The notes under the pieces: model-generated
What the model saw: only the letters and a program-made list of their open reading frames with translations
What the model was told of the DNA's origin: nothing
The model's database searches: none
Position numbers and translations under genes: made by a program
In this document: positions 1 to 11,660 of the stretch, piece by piece
Layout of the letters: each line of letters begins with the position of its first letter
Position numbering within the stretch: the stretch's first letter is position 1
Assembly (NCBI GenBank): GCA_012295275.1
Contig: CM022676.1
Coordinates: 17,980,001 to 18,044,000, forward strand
Length of the DNA: 64,000 nucleotides
Reading direction: 5' to 3'
DNA from: Chrysomallon squamiferum
Lineage: Eukaryota > Animalia > Mollusca

Positions 1-418
1 AATAAATAAATAAATAAATAAATAAAACAAATTAATAATAAAAAGTAGTAGTAGTAATAAGAAGAAACAAAACAAAATGTCAATAAATTAAAACTGACAG
101 TTACTAGATTAGTAAATAAAAAAAGGAAGTGAAACTGAAAAGAAATTTTCATCATTATAATACTTGATTTAAACAATTGAGTATGTATAGGTCATACAGT
201 AAATCATTTCTGGCTTACTAGCATCTTTTTTTTTTTTTAAAAAAATTATTCCAGACGTAATCAATTAATAATTCAGACTTGTAGTTTTATCGAACTTTTA
301 TCATCAAACTTAAACATTTTGGTTGTAAAAGCTCGCCAGCCAGGTACTTTGAAATGTCTGGTTTCAATTTTGAAAACTCCCCAATGTAAATAAAATAAAT
401 AATTATGTTTTTACTTAC

Positions 419-681
419 CCTGGCTGTCAAGAACAATGAACACAAGATATCACCGTCGGGCTCATATACACGTGGATCCCATGAGGTTTTTCGCTTTTAT
501 TCGACGACCGGTCCGATTTAACTGACGTAAAAATGGTGATGTCATTATTCCAAAACATGTTATAAATGTAATGTTGACTGAAATACCTGAAATCCAGCTG
601 ACAGCTTTTCAAAGATATAGTGATATTTCTTAAATAATCCAGAAATTCACAGACAAATTGTGTAAGTGATTCGGCCGCCAT
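419..681 (-). pseudogene. Disabled first exon of a transposon-type SWIM zinc-finger protein (N-terminus of SWIM/YqaJ-like accessory ORFs of ISL2EU-type DNA transposons), older diverged copy
   Basis: ATG at 681 reads MAAESLTQFVCEFLDYLRNITISLKSCQLDFRYFSQHYIYN...DRSSNKSEKPHGIHV...ISCVHCS*QPG, then a GTAAGT donor. The paralogue at 53423 reads CVHCFCLAG, i.e. the CxCxAG start of a SWIM finger. Here the second Cys codon is TGA. Confidence 0.55.
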
Positions 682-770
682 TGTTTTAAGCTTGTCAAAC
701 CGAGCAGTGATAGAGTTACCTCCCATTTGGGGGCGGAGTTATGATGTCGTGCTGAGGTCATTACGACTGT
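670..770. promoter_or_regulatory. CpG-enriched, probably bidirectional promoter between the SWIM/Patronin chimera (-) and the MARS1 pseudogene (+)
   Basis: Local CpG enrichment, GC box GGGGCGGAG (730-738) and a YY1-like AATGGCGGC overlapping the ATG on the minus strand. Homologous sequence is present at ~31565-31660 and ~53335-53430. Confidence 0.5.
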
Positions 771-1253
771 ATACATCATGCTTCATACTACAGTCATCAA
801 ATACAGGAGACTTCTATTGTAATGTATGTCAGTATATGAGCCGTTATTTACGTGTATACCTACATATATTTAAAAAATGTCTCTGTTTAGTTATTTGTTT
901 ATTTAATCTGATTTATATTTCTTTCATCGTGAAATGTCAGTGCAGACATTGCTCTGTTTTGTTTATCGCATACGTTGTTGATCATCACTCCAAACCTGCA
1001 GGGTTAATTAACTCACATACACATAATTATGTAAATATACATACATCCACCCGTCCATTTTTCTTTCTCAAATTAGTAATTAATTTGTATTTCTGAAACC
1101 ACAATTATGCACTAATATTTTAAAATCTTCATTATAACCTCTTAATTTCCATACATATTCAGATATTGTTAATATTGTATTTTATTTTATATCTTTTGAC
1201 ACACTATGCATTTAAATATTTAACTGGTTTTAAATTTATTTTTCTCTACATAG

Positions 1254-2401
1254 GATATGAAACTCTTTCCTGCAGTGATGACTTAGGGATGTTCTGTTCT
1301 TACACAAACACCTGTCACTGAAGTGATTTCAGAACATTATTACTCTGTAGAATTGAGTGACAGAAGCAGTCACAATCTGAGATTGGTGTAAAACCAAGGG
1401 TGAGAAAAAATTTAAAATTAAATATTTTAAAATGTAAGCAGTTGTCACATAATGTTACTAAACAAATGCTATCACCTTACTATAAATAAATTAATAATAC
1501 TCATAAATAAGTTATTAATAAATTATAAAATCAAATTGAATATTTATTAAATATCTTGCAATAGTTTTAGTAGAGAGAGAGAGAGTCTGTGTGTTTGCCT
1601 AAGTATCAAGCCATACATTTCAATATGTATATGTAAATGTACTATATTTTATTTATTTAGTTGTTATGTATAGTTACTTACCTGTTTCCTTATTTATTTA
1701 TTTATTAAGTTTAGTTTATCCGCAACATGGCAAAAGAAATATATTAGTCACCAGTGCTCTTCCATATATCAGCAGTGTTCCTCACCATGGCAACATCACT
1801 GGTTGTGTAGTCAGTTCTTATGTTTCCTCCAGGTTAGACATATTATTTTATGTGTTAGAGTTATCTTCCTTAGCAAATTTCTGTTTTATTATTTTAGCTT
1901 TTTGAACTACACTATTTGTATTATAACTTTAGTTTGTTTTATTTTAAATAACATATTATTATTTTGTTATTGAATTAATATTATTACAGTTAGATATGTT
2001 ATTCTTATTTCACTTAATTTTATTATTATTTGTTTTAGTGTCATTATTTTCAGAATGTTCGAAGTCTGACTATCACAATATGAGAGGTCACCAGTGTGAC
2101 TCATCAATGCTGTTAAACAGAAAAACACAAAAAGTCATTACCTGTTATTAAAACATCACAGGTAAAGCTGATTTTTTTTTTCTTGATTCATTTGCTGATA
2201 AAGTTTCAAATCCTTCTAACCATGTCCATTCTAAGGACTCACACATTTGTTTGGTGGGGTATGAATTTAATAGTTAACATTTGTTTACGGTTGTCATTAT
2301 ATAAGAAAATGCAAAATTGTTAGAATATTTTAGTAAGTAAATAATTATATGGGTAGTATTCAGCTTAATGATAACTGTTCTTATCCATTTGTATTAGACC
2401 G

Positions 2402-2463
<62 letters not shown>

Positions 2464-5400
2464 ACTCATCCTATATATATATTTATTTGTATTTCATCAC
2501 TGACTTGGAAAACAACTATCTTGATAATGAATTGTTTAAGTGTCTGTGTGTGGATGGGTTGATGTGTGGTTCTGTTTGATGTTGGTGTTTGGGTGTATAT
2601 GTAACTGTATGTTTGTTGTGTATATAGATGTGTGTTTGTGTTTGGGTGGGTATATATGGTGTTTGTTTGGGTATATATGTTTGTGTGTGTTTGTGTTATA
2701 GGTGGGTATATGTGTGTTTGTGTTTGGGTTTGGGTATATATATAACTGTATGTTTGTGTGTATAGGTAGTGTGTTTGTTTGTGGGTATATATAAGTATGT
2801 TTGTGTATAGGTAGATGTGTGTTTGTGTTTGGTGTTATATAACTGTATGTGTTTGGGTGTTTGTGTGTATGGTGTGTTGTATATATAATGTATGTTTGTG
2901 TTTGGTGTTTGGGTGGGTATATATAACTGTATGTTTTGTGTGTAGGTAGTGTGTGTTTGGTGTTTGTTGTTTGTTTGTATATATATAACTGTATGTTTGT
3001 GTATAGGTATAGGTGTGTGTTGTGTGTGTTTGGGTGGGTATATATAACTGTATGTTTTGTGTGTGTAGGTAGATGTGTGTTTTGGTTGGGTGGGTATATA
3101 TAACTGTATGTTTGTGTGTATAGGTAGATGTGTGTTTGGTGTTTGGGTGGGTATATATAACTGTATGTTTGTGTGTATAGGTAGATGTGTGTTTGTGTTT
3201 GGGTGGGTATATATAACTGTATGTTTGTGTGTATAGGTAGATGTGTGTTGGTGTTTGGGTGGGTATATATAACTGTATGTTTGTGTGTATAGGTAGATGT
3301 GTGTTGGTGTTTGGGTGGGTATATATAACTGTATGTTTGTGTGTATGGGTATGTGTGTTGTGTTTGGGTGGGTATATATAATATAATGTAGATGTGTGTT
3401 TGTGTTTGTATTTTTGTGTGTATAGGTAGATGTGTGTTGGTGTTTGGGTGGTATATATATATAACTGTATGTTTGTGTGTATAGGTAGATGTGTGTTTGT
3501 GTTTGGTGTGGGTATATATATATATGTTTTTGTGTGTATAGGTAGATGTGTTTGTGTGTATAGGTAGATGTGTGTTGGTGTGGGTGGGTATATATAACTG
3601 TATGTTTGTGTGTATGTTGTTTGTGTTTGGGTGGGTATATATAACTGTATGTTTGTGTGTAGATGTGTGTTGGTGTTTTAGTGGGTATGTATATATAACT
3701 GTATGTTTTGGTAGGTAGATGTGTGTTTGTGTGTTGTGTGTGTTTGGGTGGGTATATATAACTGTATGTTTTGTGTATAGGTAGATGTGTGTTTGTGTTT
3801 GGGTGGGTATATATAACTGTATGTTTGTGTGTGTATAGGTATGTGTGTTTGTGTTTGGGTGGGTATATATAACTGTATGTTTGTGTGTATAGGTAGATGT
3901 GTGTTGGTGTTTGGGTGGGTATATATATGTTTGTGTGTATAGGTAGATGTTTGTGTGTGTATATATAACTGTATGTTTGTGTGTAGGTGTGTGTTGGTGT
4001 TTGTATGGTGGGTATATATAACTGTATGTTTGTGTGTATAGGTAGTGTGTGTGTTTGTGTTTGGGTGGGTTGGGTGGGTATATATAACTGTATGTTTGTG
4101 TGTATAGGTAGATGTGTGTTTGTGTTTGGGTGGGTATATATAACTGTATGTTTGTGTGTATAGGTAGATGTGTGTTTGTGTTTGGGTGGGTATATATAAC
4201 TGTATGTTTGTGTGTTTGTGTGTAGGTGTGTGTTGGTGTTTGGGTGGGTATATATAACTGTATGTTTGTGTGTATGTATATACTGTGTGTGTTGGTGTAT
4301 TTGTGTTGTGTTTGGGGTATATATATATATGTGTTTGTGTGTTTGTGTTTGGGTGTATATGTTTGTGTGTATAGGTGTGTATGTGTGTTGGTGTTTGGGT
4401 GGGTATATATAATGTTTGTGTGTATATGTATGTGTTGTTTATGGGTAGATGTGTGTTTGTGTGTTTGGTGTTTGGGTGGGTATATATAACTGTATGTTTG
4501 TGTGTATAGGTGATGTGTGTGTTTGGGTGGGTATATATAACTGTATGTTTGTGTGTATTTGTGTATATATAATGTGTATGTTTGTGTGTTAGGTGTGTTT
4601 GGGTGGGTATATATAACTGTATGTTTGTGTGTGTGTATGTGTGTGTGTTTGTGTTTGGGTGGGTATATATAACTGTGTATGTTTGTGTGTATAGGTAGAT
4701 GTGTGTTTGTGTTATATTTGTGTTTGGATTTGTGGGTATATAACTGTATGTTTGTGTGTATAGGTAGATGTGTGTGTGTGTGGGTATATATACTGTATGT
4801 TTTGTGTGTGTGTTTGTGTTTGGGTGGGTATATATGTGTATGTTTGTGTTTGTGGGTAACTGTAATGTGTTTGTGTTTTGTGGGTATATATAACTGTATG
4901 TGGGTGTGTGTTTTGTTTGGGTGGGTATATATAACTGTATGTTTGTGTGTATAGGTAGATGTGTGTTGGTGTTTGGGTGGGTATATATAACTGTATGTTT
5001 GTGTGTATAGGTAGATGTGTGTTGGTGTTTGGGTGGGTATATATAACTGTATGTTTGTGTGTATGGGTAGATGTGTGTTTGTGTTGGGTGTGTATGTGTG
5101 TGTATAGGTAGATGTGTGTTGTGTTTTGGTATATATATATATGTGTGTATGTGTGTGTAGGTAGATGTGTTTGTGGTGGGTATATATAACTGTATGTTTG
5201 TGTGTATAGGGTTATTATTACAATTTGTGTATTTTGTTAATTTTTCAGATTGTAGCTGATAAAGGTTTCACTACTAAATCTGGACAACAAAAGCTAAACA
5301 GATAAGAAATATTTGTATTGGAGATGGAATGAAACCAAGATGTATCAGTTGTGACCAGAAATGGGGGACCCTAGTCCCATTGGAGGGATGCACTGACCAA

Positions 5401-5913
5401 GTATAATAAATTACTTACATTTATATAAAAATAATAATAACTTCCTGTCTTAAAAAAGTAGTCTTTGTTGTGAATACTGAGCAAAAAATAGTAAAAGAAA
5501 TATGAATTAGAAAAACCATCTAAATTGTAAGATATTCTTATAGTATCACAAAAAAAGACATCTATTCATGTATGTATTTAATGTTAAATTTGAAGATGAT
5601 AAGCCTGATGTCTGATTTCTAAAATATGTTATCCCTAAAATTTGTGAATAAAATCCTCAATTAAAGCTTACAGTTCAAGACATACAACTGGCTAAAGATT
5701 TATATAATTATATTTTATATCTTAATGAAAATATAATAACAAAAAATGATGAGTATTTTTCTCTTCTGTTTTAAAAAGAGAGAAGCATTTATTTGTTTTA
5801 TTATATTTATGAGTGGTTAAATTTCCAGGTATTCTGTGTTTGGTTTGATGTTCCAGTTGACTACATTTCAGTCACAGCTAACTACACAGACAGGACAGAA
5901 AAATCCATCAAAG
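1254..5913 (+). pseudogene. MARS1: Unprocessed, internally deleted cytoplasmic methionyl-tRNA synthetase pseudogene (5' half)
   Basis: AG/GT-bounded exon remnants in MetRS order: 1715-1832 [38 protein letters not shown] (HIGH-motif region, cf. [33 protein letters not shown]); 2054-2161 CSKSDYHNMRGHQCD/LINAV../PVIKTSQ (Zn knuckle, deleted and frameshifted); 5249-5400 GDGMKPRCISCDQKWGTLVPLEGCTDQ; 5829-5913 VFCVWFDVPVDYISVTANYTD/KNPSK. Possible start MKLF at 1257. Confidence 0.92.
2580..5210 (+). repeat. G/T-rich ~56-bp tandem satellite inside a MARS1 pseudogene intron
   Basis: Unit ATAGGTAGATGTGTGTTTGTGTTTGGGTGGGTATATATAACTGTATGTTTGTGTGT (e.g. TAACTGTATG at 4085 and 4141). About 2.6 kb with many degenerate units and about one C per unit on the + strand. 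Confidence 0.95.
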
Positions 5914-6375
5914 GTTTGTTTTGTGTTTTTTATTTCTAGTTTACATTTTTATTTTTTGAAATCAGAATAGCAAAAGCAAAAACAATTAAATAAATATTAA
6001 TTTTGTTAAATTTTTAGATAATCTATAATTTTGTAAGTATGAATAAGATGACATAGATGTGATTATGTTGCTGTGTATAATTAGTGTGTTTTATCTAAAT
6101 ATTCTGTTTGAAAACAATAAGAATCTTCACTTATTAATGTTCATTTTCAGTCTGACAGTTTATATTTGTTGTCAAGGGAAACCCAGATTTAACATAATTT
6201 ATTCAGTTTCCTGCTTTCTTTCTTAGTATATATTTTCATTAGATTCTTCATTTAATTCCAAATATTATATTATAAAATTTGATACAAACAAATGTCCATT
6301 TTAACATATTTTTTCTTCTTCTTTTTATATTATTATCATTTTCAGTTTTTTTTTTTTTTTTTATGCTTGTGTTGC

Positions 6376-6412
<37 letters not shown>

Positions 6413-6414
6413 AG

Positions 6415-6476
<62 letters not shown>

Positions 6477-9269
6477 GTATTATTATTATTTTATTATTAT
6501 TATTATTTTTATTATACTTCCACACTTTCATATGTTTATCTTTCTTTTTCAAGGACAGTGTATCATTTCACAGATATAATTTTTTTTTACTTCCACACTT
6601 CTGTGCACTGATTTTTCATACAGTCACTTATGCAAATATACCTCCATATGTGATATTGATATTGAAATTCTGCTTTGTTGTACGCTTTTTAATTAATCAA
6701 AGAAATCAGTTCAAAGAGAAACTCGATGTTTTGTTTATCAAGACTACAGTTAACTCCATGCATATCCGGTCTAAAAAAAATTGTGTTTATAAATACAAAG
6801 TAGATATTGGCAAATTAAGGTAAGTCTTTATGTCCAATGTATCGAACTATGAGTAAATCTTTTATCTGAAATAAATATGTGAGATACAATCATTAATAGT
6901 GGCTCGTCTTATAACTTACAGTTTTTGTATTATTTACTACTACTCAGCTACTGTACTAGTACTACCTAGTGAAGTTTCAGTTGTCAGTTATAAACAATAA
7001 ACAGTTGTGTGGAGTACAATTTACTGTAATAGTTCGACAGAACTGATGTAAATATGTTGCTACTTGGGTTTGTTTTTATGTGTACCTAAACAAAAAGTAT
7101 ATTAAATTGTTAATAAAGTTAAAATTAGCCATATTCTGATTTATTTATTATTATTACATGGATAATGTTAAGTTGTCATACGCTGTTTCTTTACTTCCAA
7201 GTTTAAAATGAATCCAAGGCAAGTTTGACAGAAATGGCTACCATAAACACAGCTCTAGAATGTCATGTATCTAACTTTTTCATTCATGTATAGAGGTTCT
7301 ATTACATTATAAATGTTTATCTTGTGATTCAAATAAAAAAATTATACAAAATGGTTAATTTTTCCAAATTTTTATTTGATTTGTTTATTCCCTGGTATTT
7401 GTAACTGACAAAAGTAGTAGTATTTCTATGCATCCTCTGACAATGGGTCAAGATTACTGAAGACCAAAGTTACCATATTCCATTTTATATTTATGTTAAT
7501 TTTCATATGCTAGTATTTTTTTAGTATGTTTCTTGTTTTTTCTATAGAATTAGAAAAATGGATTCAACCCTATCAGGGAATCTGCTAGTTGTTAATGTGT
7601 TTCTATGAGACACAATAGAAGCCTTGACTGAAAACAACTGAGTTTAAGAAGAAAATGCCAAACTGAAATGCATTGCTTTTGTTTCAATATTACTTTCCAC
7701 ACTTATGTAATTATGACTGAAGAATTTCTTAAGTGATTTATTGGTCAGATATTTTATAGGGGCAAGAATACCTAAAATGTCATTGAAGTTACAGTCCCAG
7801 ATCATGTATGTATTAGTCAGTGTAAAAAATTACAAAAGTGTTTATCTGATGCACTTTATTACATTAGTTATAAGCAGTTGTTTGTCATTTTGAATTGAAA
7901 AATATCTTATAATCTTCATGAGACTTTTATTCATTCTCAAAACCTTGTCACACAGTTTTGTTTCACTGGTGTTACTAGAGGTGAAGTCTGTGAGTTGAGA
8001 AATAACAGCCACTCCTAGTTGATCTTCCAACATGTAGATGTCAGCAAAGAAGTAGTACATGCACAAGAATGACTCTGTTTTTCTAAAATATATCAGTAAA
8101 ATGAACTGATGGTTTATTCACTGACTGTCATTAGTGTTGTTGGCGTAAACCTGTCTGTGTACTCTTGTTTTATAATTAAAGCTACATTATTTTTGTATTT
8201 TCTTTATTTAATATTCAATGATAATTAATACTCTTCGTTGACATTACAATTGAAGAGTAAATTCCAGATATATAAAGATTTTCTAACTTAAGTTAGCATC
8301 ATAAACTTACAAAGGGAAAAGAACTCAACGCAACCTAGAAACCTTTCCACTTTAATCCAAGAATATAAATAATTTCATGTTAGAGAAACAAATCCATTTG
8401 CCTATAAAAATATTTCCATATTATTACTAAATTTGCTATTATACTTAATATTTTAATTCTCTTTTTCATCTGTAGGAACTCAGAAGTTAGGCAAATGAAA
8501 TTCTTGATTATATGGACATCCCTGGAAACCCTCTTGGTCTTTTCAAAGATGTCACAGAAAGATCTCTGGCCTCATTAATGGAAATGTGAGTGGATTTCCT
8601 GGAAATGTTGTGATGGTGTTTCTAATTCTGCTGAAAAGTTAGTTGTGACAGTTCCCTGTATTACCTCTTTTTCAGGAAATGATATTTCATTTAATCAGAA
8701 ATCAAAGTTTTAACTCTTTTTATTCAAATTCAGTTTACTGTAATTTTACAACAATGTAAATAAAATGATATAAAAGCTTATGGTTTTAAATCATGACTAG
8801 AAAACTATATTACAAAATTACTGAATACTTTTCTTGTTTTAATAACAGTACAAATGTAAACTTGACTTCAGTGAATGAACTGTTTTATATTGTTAAACAA
8901 AGAAACATTTATTTAAGTATTTTGTTAACTTGTTGTAGTAATTGATGCAGTATTTCTCTCCAGAAGCAAAATCAAAGAAACTATCATACATTAATATTAG
9001 CATAATATTTCTTCTTGTTTTTACTATTATTGCTCTTTTTTCTTCTTTATTCATTTATTGTTTTTTTCTTTCCTTTTTTTTTCTTTTTTTTATGAAATTA
9101 ATAAATTGTAAATTATTTCAGGATTATGAATATCTTGTACAGGTAGCAGTTCTATATCTGACAGGTACAGGCTCCATGGTGACCAGTACTCTCAGGTGAA
9201 CTAAGAAAAAAGGGAGACAATTCATCGGGTCTCATTGCAGCAGGTTTTAAGAGTGTGATATGAAACACT

Positions 9270-9530
9270 GGTTTTACAATCTTCATGCAGAATTCCAGGA
9301 CATCACATACCCTCTTGTTTACATGTTCCTTCCAAACAAGACTCAAGCTATGTATGTCTCAGTTTTTCAACTCTTGAAGCCTGAAGCCACAGATTATCTA
9401 GACTGACTTTGAGAAAGCTGTCTCCAGTGCAGCAGTGAAAGAGTTCAAGGAGATGTTTTTTCAGCAGTGCCCAAGTTCTGTGGAGGAAGATTCAGCATAT
9501 TGGTCATACAAAGAATATTCTGGTAACAGT
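9270..9530 (+). mobile_element. Mutator/MULE transposase fragment (decayed)
   Basis: Translation across frameshifts gives FYNLHAEFQDITYPLVYMFLPNKTQAMYVSVFQLLK / PQII*TDFEKAVSSAAVKEF / CFF..AQVLWRKIQHIG, matching the MULE DDE core pattern PLVY.LLPNK...DFE.A...C.FH..Q..WRKIQ..G. Confidence 0.85.
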
Positions 9531-10224
9531 AGTGTAAGATGAAGAACCACCTAGTTAAAGTTGTTAGTGTTTAGATAAAAAAATGTGTGCATTGTTTCTT
9601 TACTAATCATAGTTTTCTTTCTTAATATACTAACAGATTAGTCTTGAACTTTTCATTTATATATATTCTATAAAAAGTTTCATATCTTCAGTTATTTTAC
9701 ACCTAATATCAAACTACATTACAGTACAAATTAAAAAATATAAATAAATAAATAAAATAATTATTTATTATTTATATTTACTGTTTTATTTGTTTTATGT
9801 TGATTTAATTATTCTTCTGAGGATTAAGATGTTAGATTTAACACAGTGTGTAGGAAAACAATATTTATTCTGGTGAAAAAACTGTTTATTAACGTTTAAT
9901 ATCTTTTTATTATTTATTTTTAATTTCTTTTTAATTTATTAAACATCATTTTTAAAGTTTTAGTTGTAGAGTTCATAACAGTTAATAATGAAATTTAATC
10001 AAAATTGTTTTATTTACCACAGGGATTCTTGAAAGGAACTGGTTGATAATGGAGTTGTTGAAACTGTGTTCAAGTCTGTTTCAGGAATGTTTGATTTGAC
10101 GTCTGCTCTAAATTCCAATCACAGACAGAACCCAGCTTGAATCCATCCCCAGAGATGTTGCTGTGTTCTGGTGGGTTGCTTCCAGCACATTCAAGTCCAC
10201 AAACAGAGTTCAGCAGCTGCAGTT

Positions 10225-10610
10225 GTCAGTGGTAATATTTTTACTCACAGTTTTAATATGTTACTCATACACCACAACTCAGTTGTCAGTGGTAATATTT
10301 TGACTCACAGTTTTAATATGTTAATGATACACAACACAACTGAGAGGTAAGCTGCTCAGTTGTCAGTGGTAATATTTTTACTCACAGTTTTAATATGTTA
10401 ATGATGCACAACACAACTGAGAGGTAAGCTGCTCAGTTGTCAGTGGTAATATTTTTACTCACAGTTTTAATTTATCACAGTTTTAATATGTTAATGATAC
10501 ACACAACACAACTGAGAGGTAAGCTGCTCAGTTGTCAGTGGTATTTTTTTACTCACAGTTTTAATATGTTAATGATGCACAACACAACTGAGAGGTAAGC
10601 TACTCAGTTG
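10225..10610 (+). repeat. 77-bp minisatellite starting at an exon/intron boundary
   Basis: Unit CTCAGTTGTCAGTGGTAATATTTTTACTCACAGTTTTAATATGTTAATGATGCACAACACAACTGAGAGGTAAGCTG (starts at 10355 and 10432), about 5 copies. Confidence 0.9.
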
Positions 10611-11494
10611 CTGTTATTATAGATGAGCAACGCACATGACAACATACACACCAGAATTTTCTCATAAATGTATTTTGTTATACATATTTTCTACTTATTT
10701 TTTTATTTTGTTGAGGTTTTAGGTTTTAAAATTATTATTTTTATTATTATGGTTGTTGTTTTTCATTTATTTATTTACTTATTTATTTAGTTTGTTGTTG
10801 TTATACTTATTAATAGTTGTTTAAATTAAGTGGAATGTATTTGAAATAAATATTTAAAATGTTATTTTTTATTTTCAGTGTTATTACTGAAGTTTGACTG
10901 TACTGAAGCAATGCTGGACAAATTATAAAGTTCACTTTTCTCTGATCACATGAAAACAGGTTCTTTCTCAGCTGTTTTCATTAATACAACAGAATCAATT
11001 GACATTCATTACATGTAGGTTTTTCAGGCCCTGTCTGTAAAAACATGAACATGAAATGATGAAAAAAAAACTTGATATGAGACACTAAATTCAAAAGATA
11101 ATTGTATTCTTTTATGTATTTATTTATTTCCTTTTTTAACTACAGATAGATATAGACATATCATTTATGTTTTATTATTATTTTACATATCATGTGTTGG
11201 TTCTTTTTTTATAATTAATTTTTATATTTATTTGATTATTATTTTTATTTTCTCTATTTAAAAAAAAAGAAATCTTTATCTTTTTTTTTTTTTTTCTTAT
11301 ATATATAAATTACTTCAGGATCATTAATATAAATAATTTGTGTTTTCAGAATCCAGTGTCAGATCAGCCCAGGAGACAGTCTACTACTCTGAGCTGACAA
11401 CAAAAACAGAGGAAGAATTTTCTGTGAAACATCCAGTCAGATGTGAGAAGTCAGCCATTGATTAGAAAGTGAGTGAATTTGTTACACAGAGCTT

Positions 11495-11660
11495 ACATTT
11501 AGATTTAGTAACTGAAATACACACATACAGTCATGTTAACATTTAGATTTAGTAACTGAAATACACACATACAGTCATGTTAACATTTAGATTTAGTTTT
11601 ACAATGTTAAGTAACTGAAAACACACATACAGTCATGTTAACATTTAGATTTTAGTAACT
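11495..11660 (+). repeat. 44-bp minisatellite
   Basis: Unit ACATTTAGATTTAGTAACTGAAATACACACATACAGTCATGTTA (starts at 11495 and 11539). Confidence 0.9.

Noticed and set aside
4212-4954. Cys/Val-rich ORFs
   Set aside because: They are translations of the GT-rich satellite.
6279-6611. Poly-Y/I/F/N/L/SL/ER/YI ORFs here and at 13882, 15768, 17102, 20272, 22910, 36869 and 37691-38044
   Set aside because: Microsatellite artefacts.
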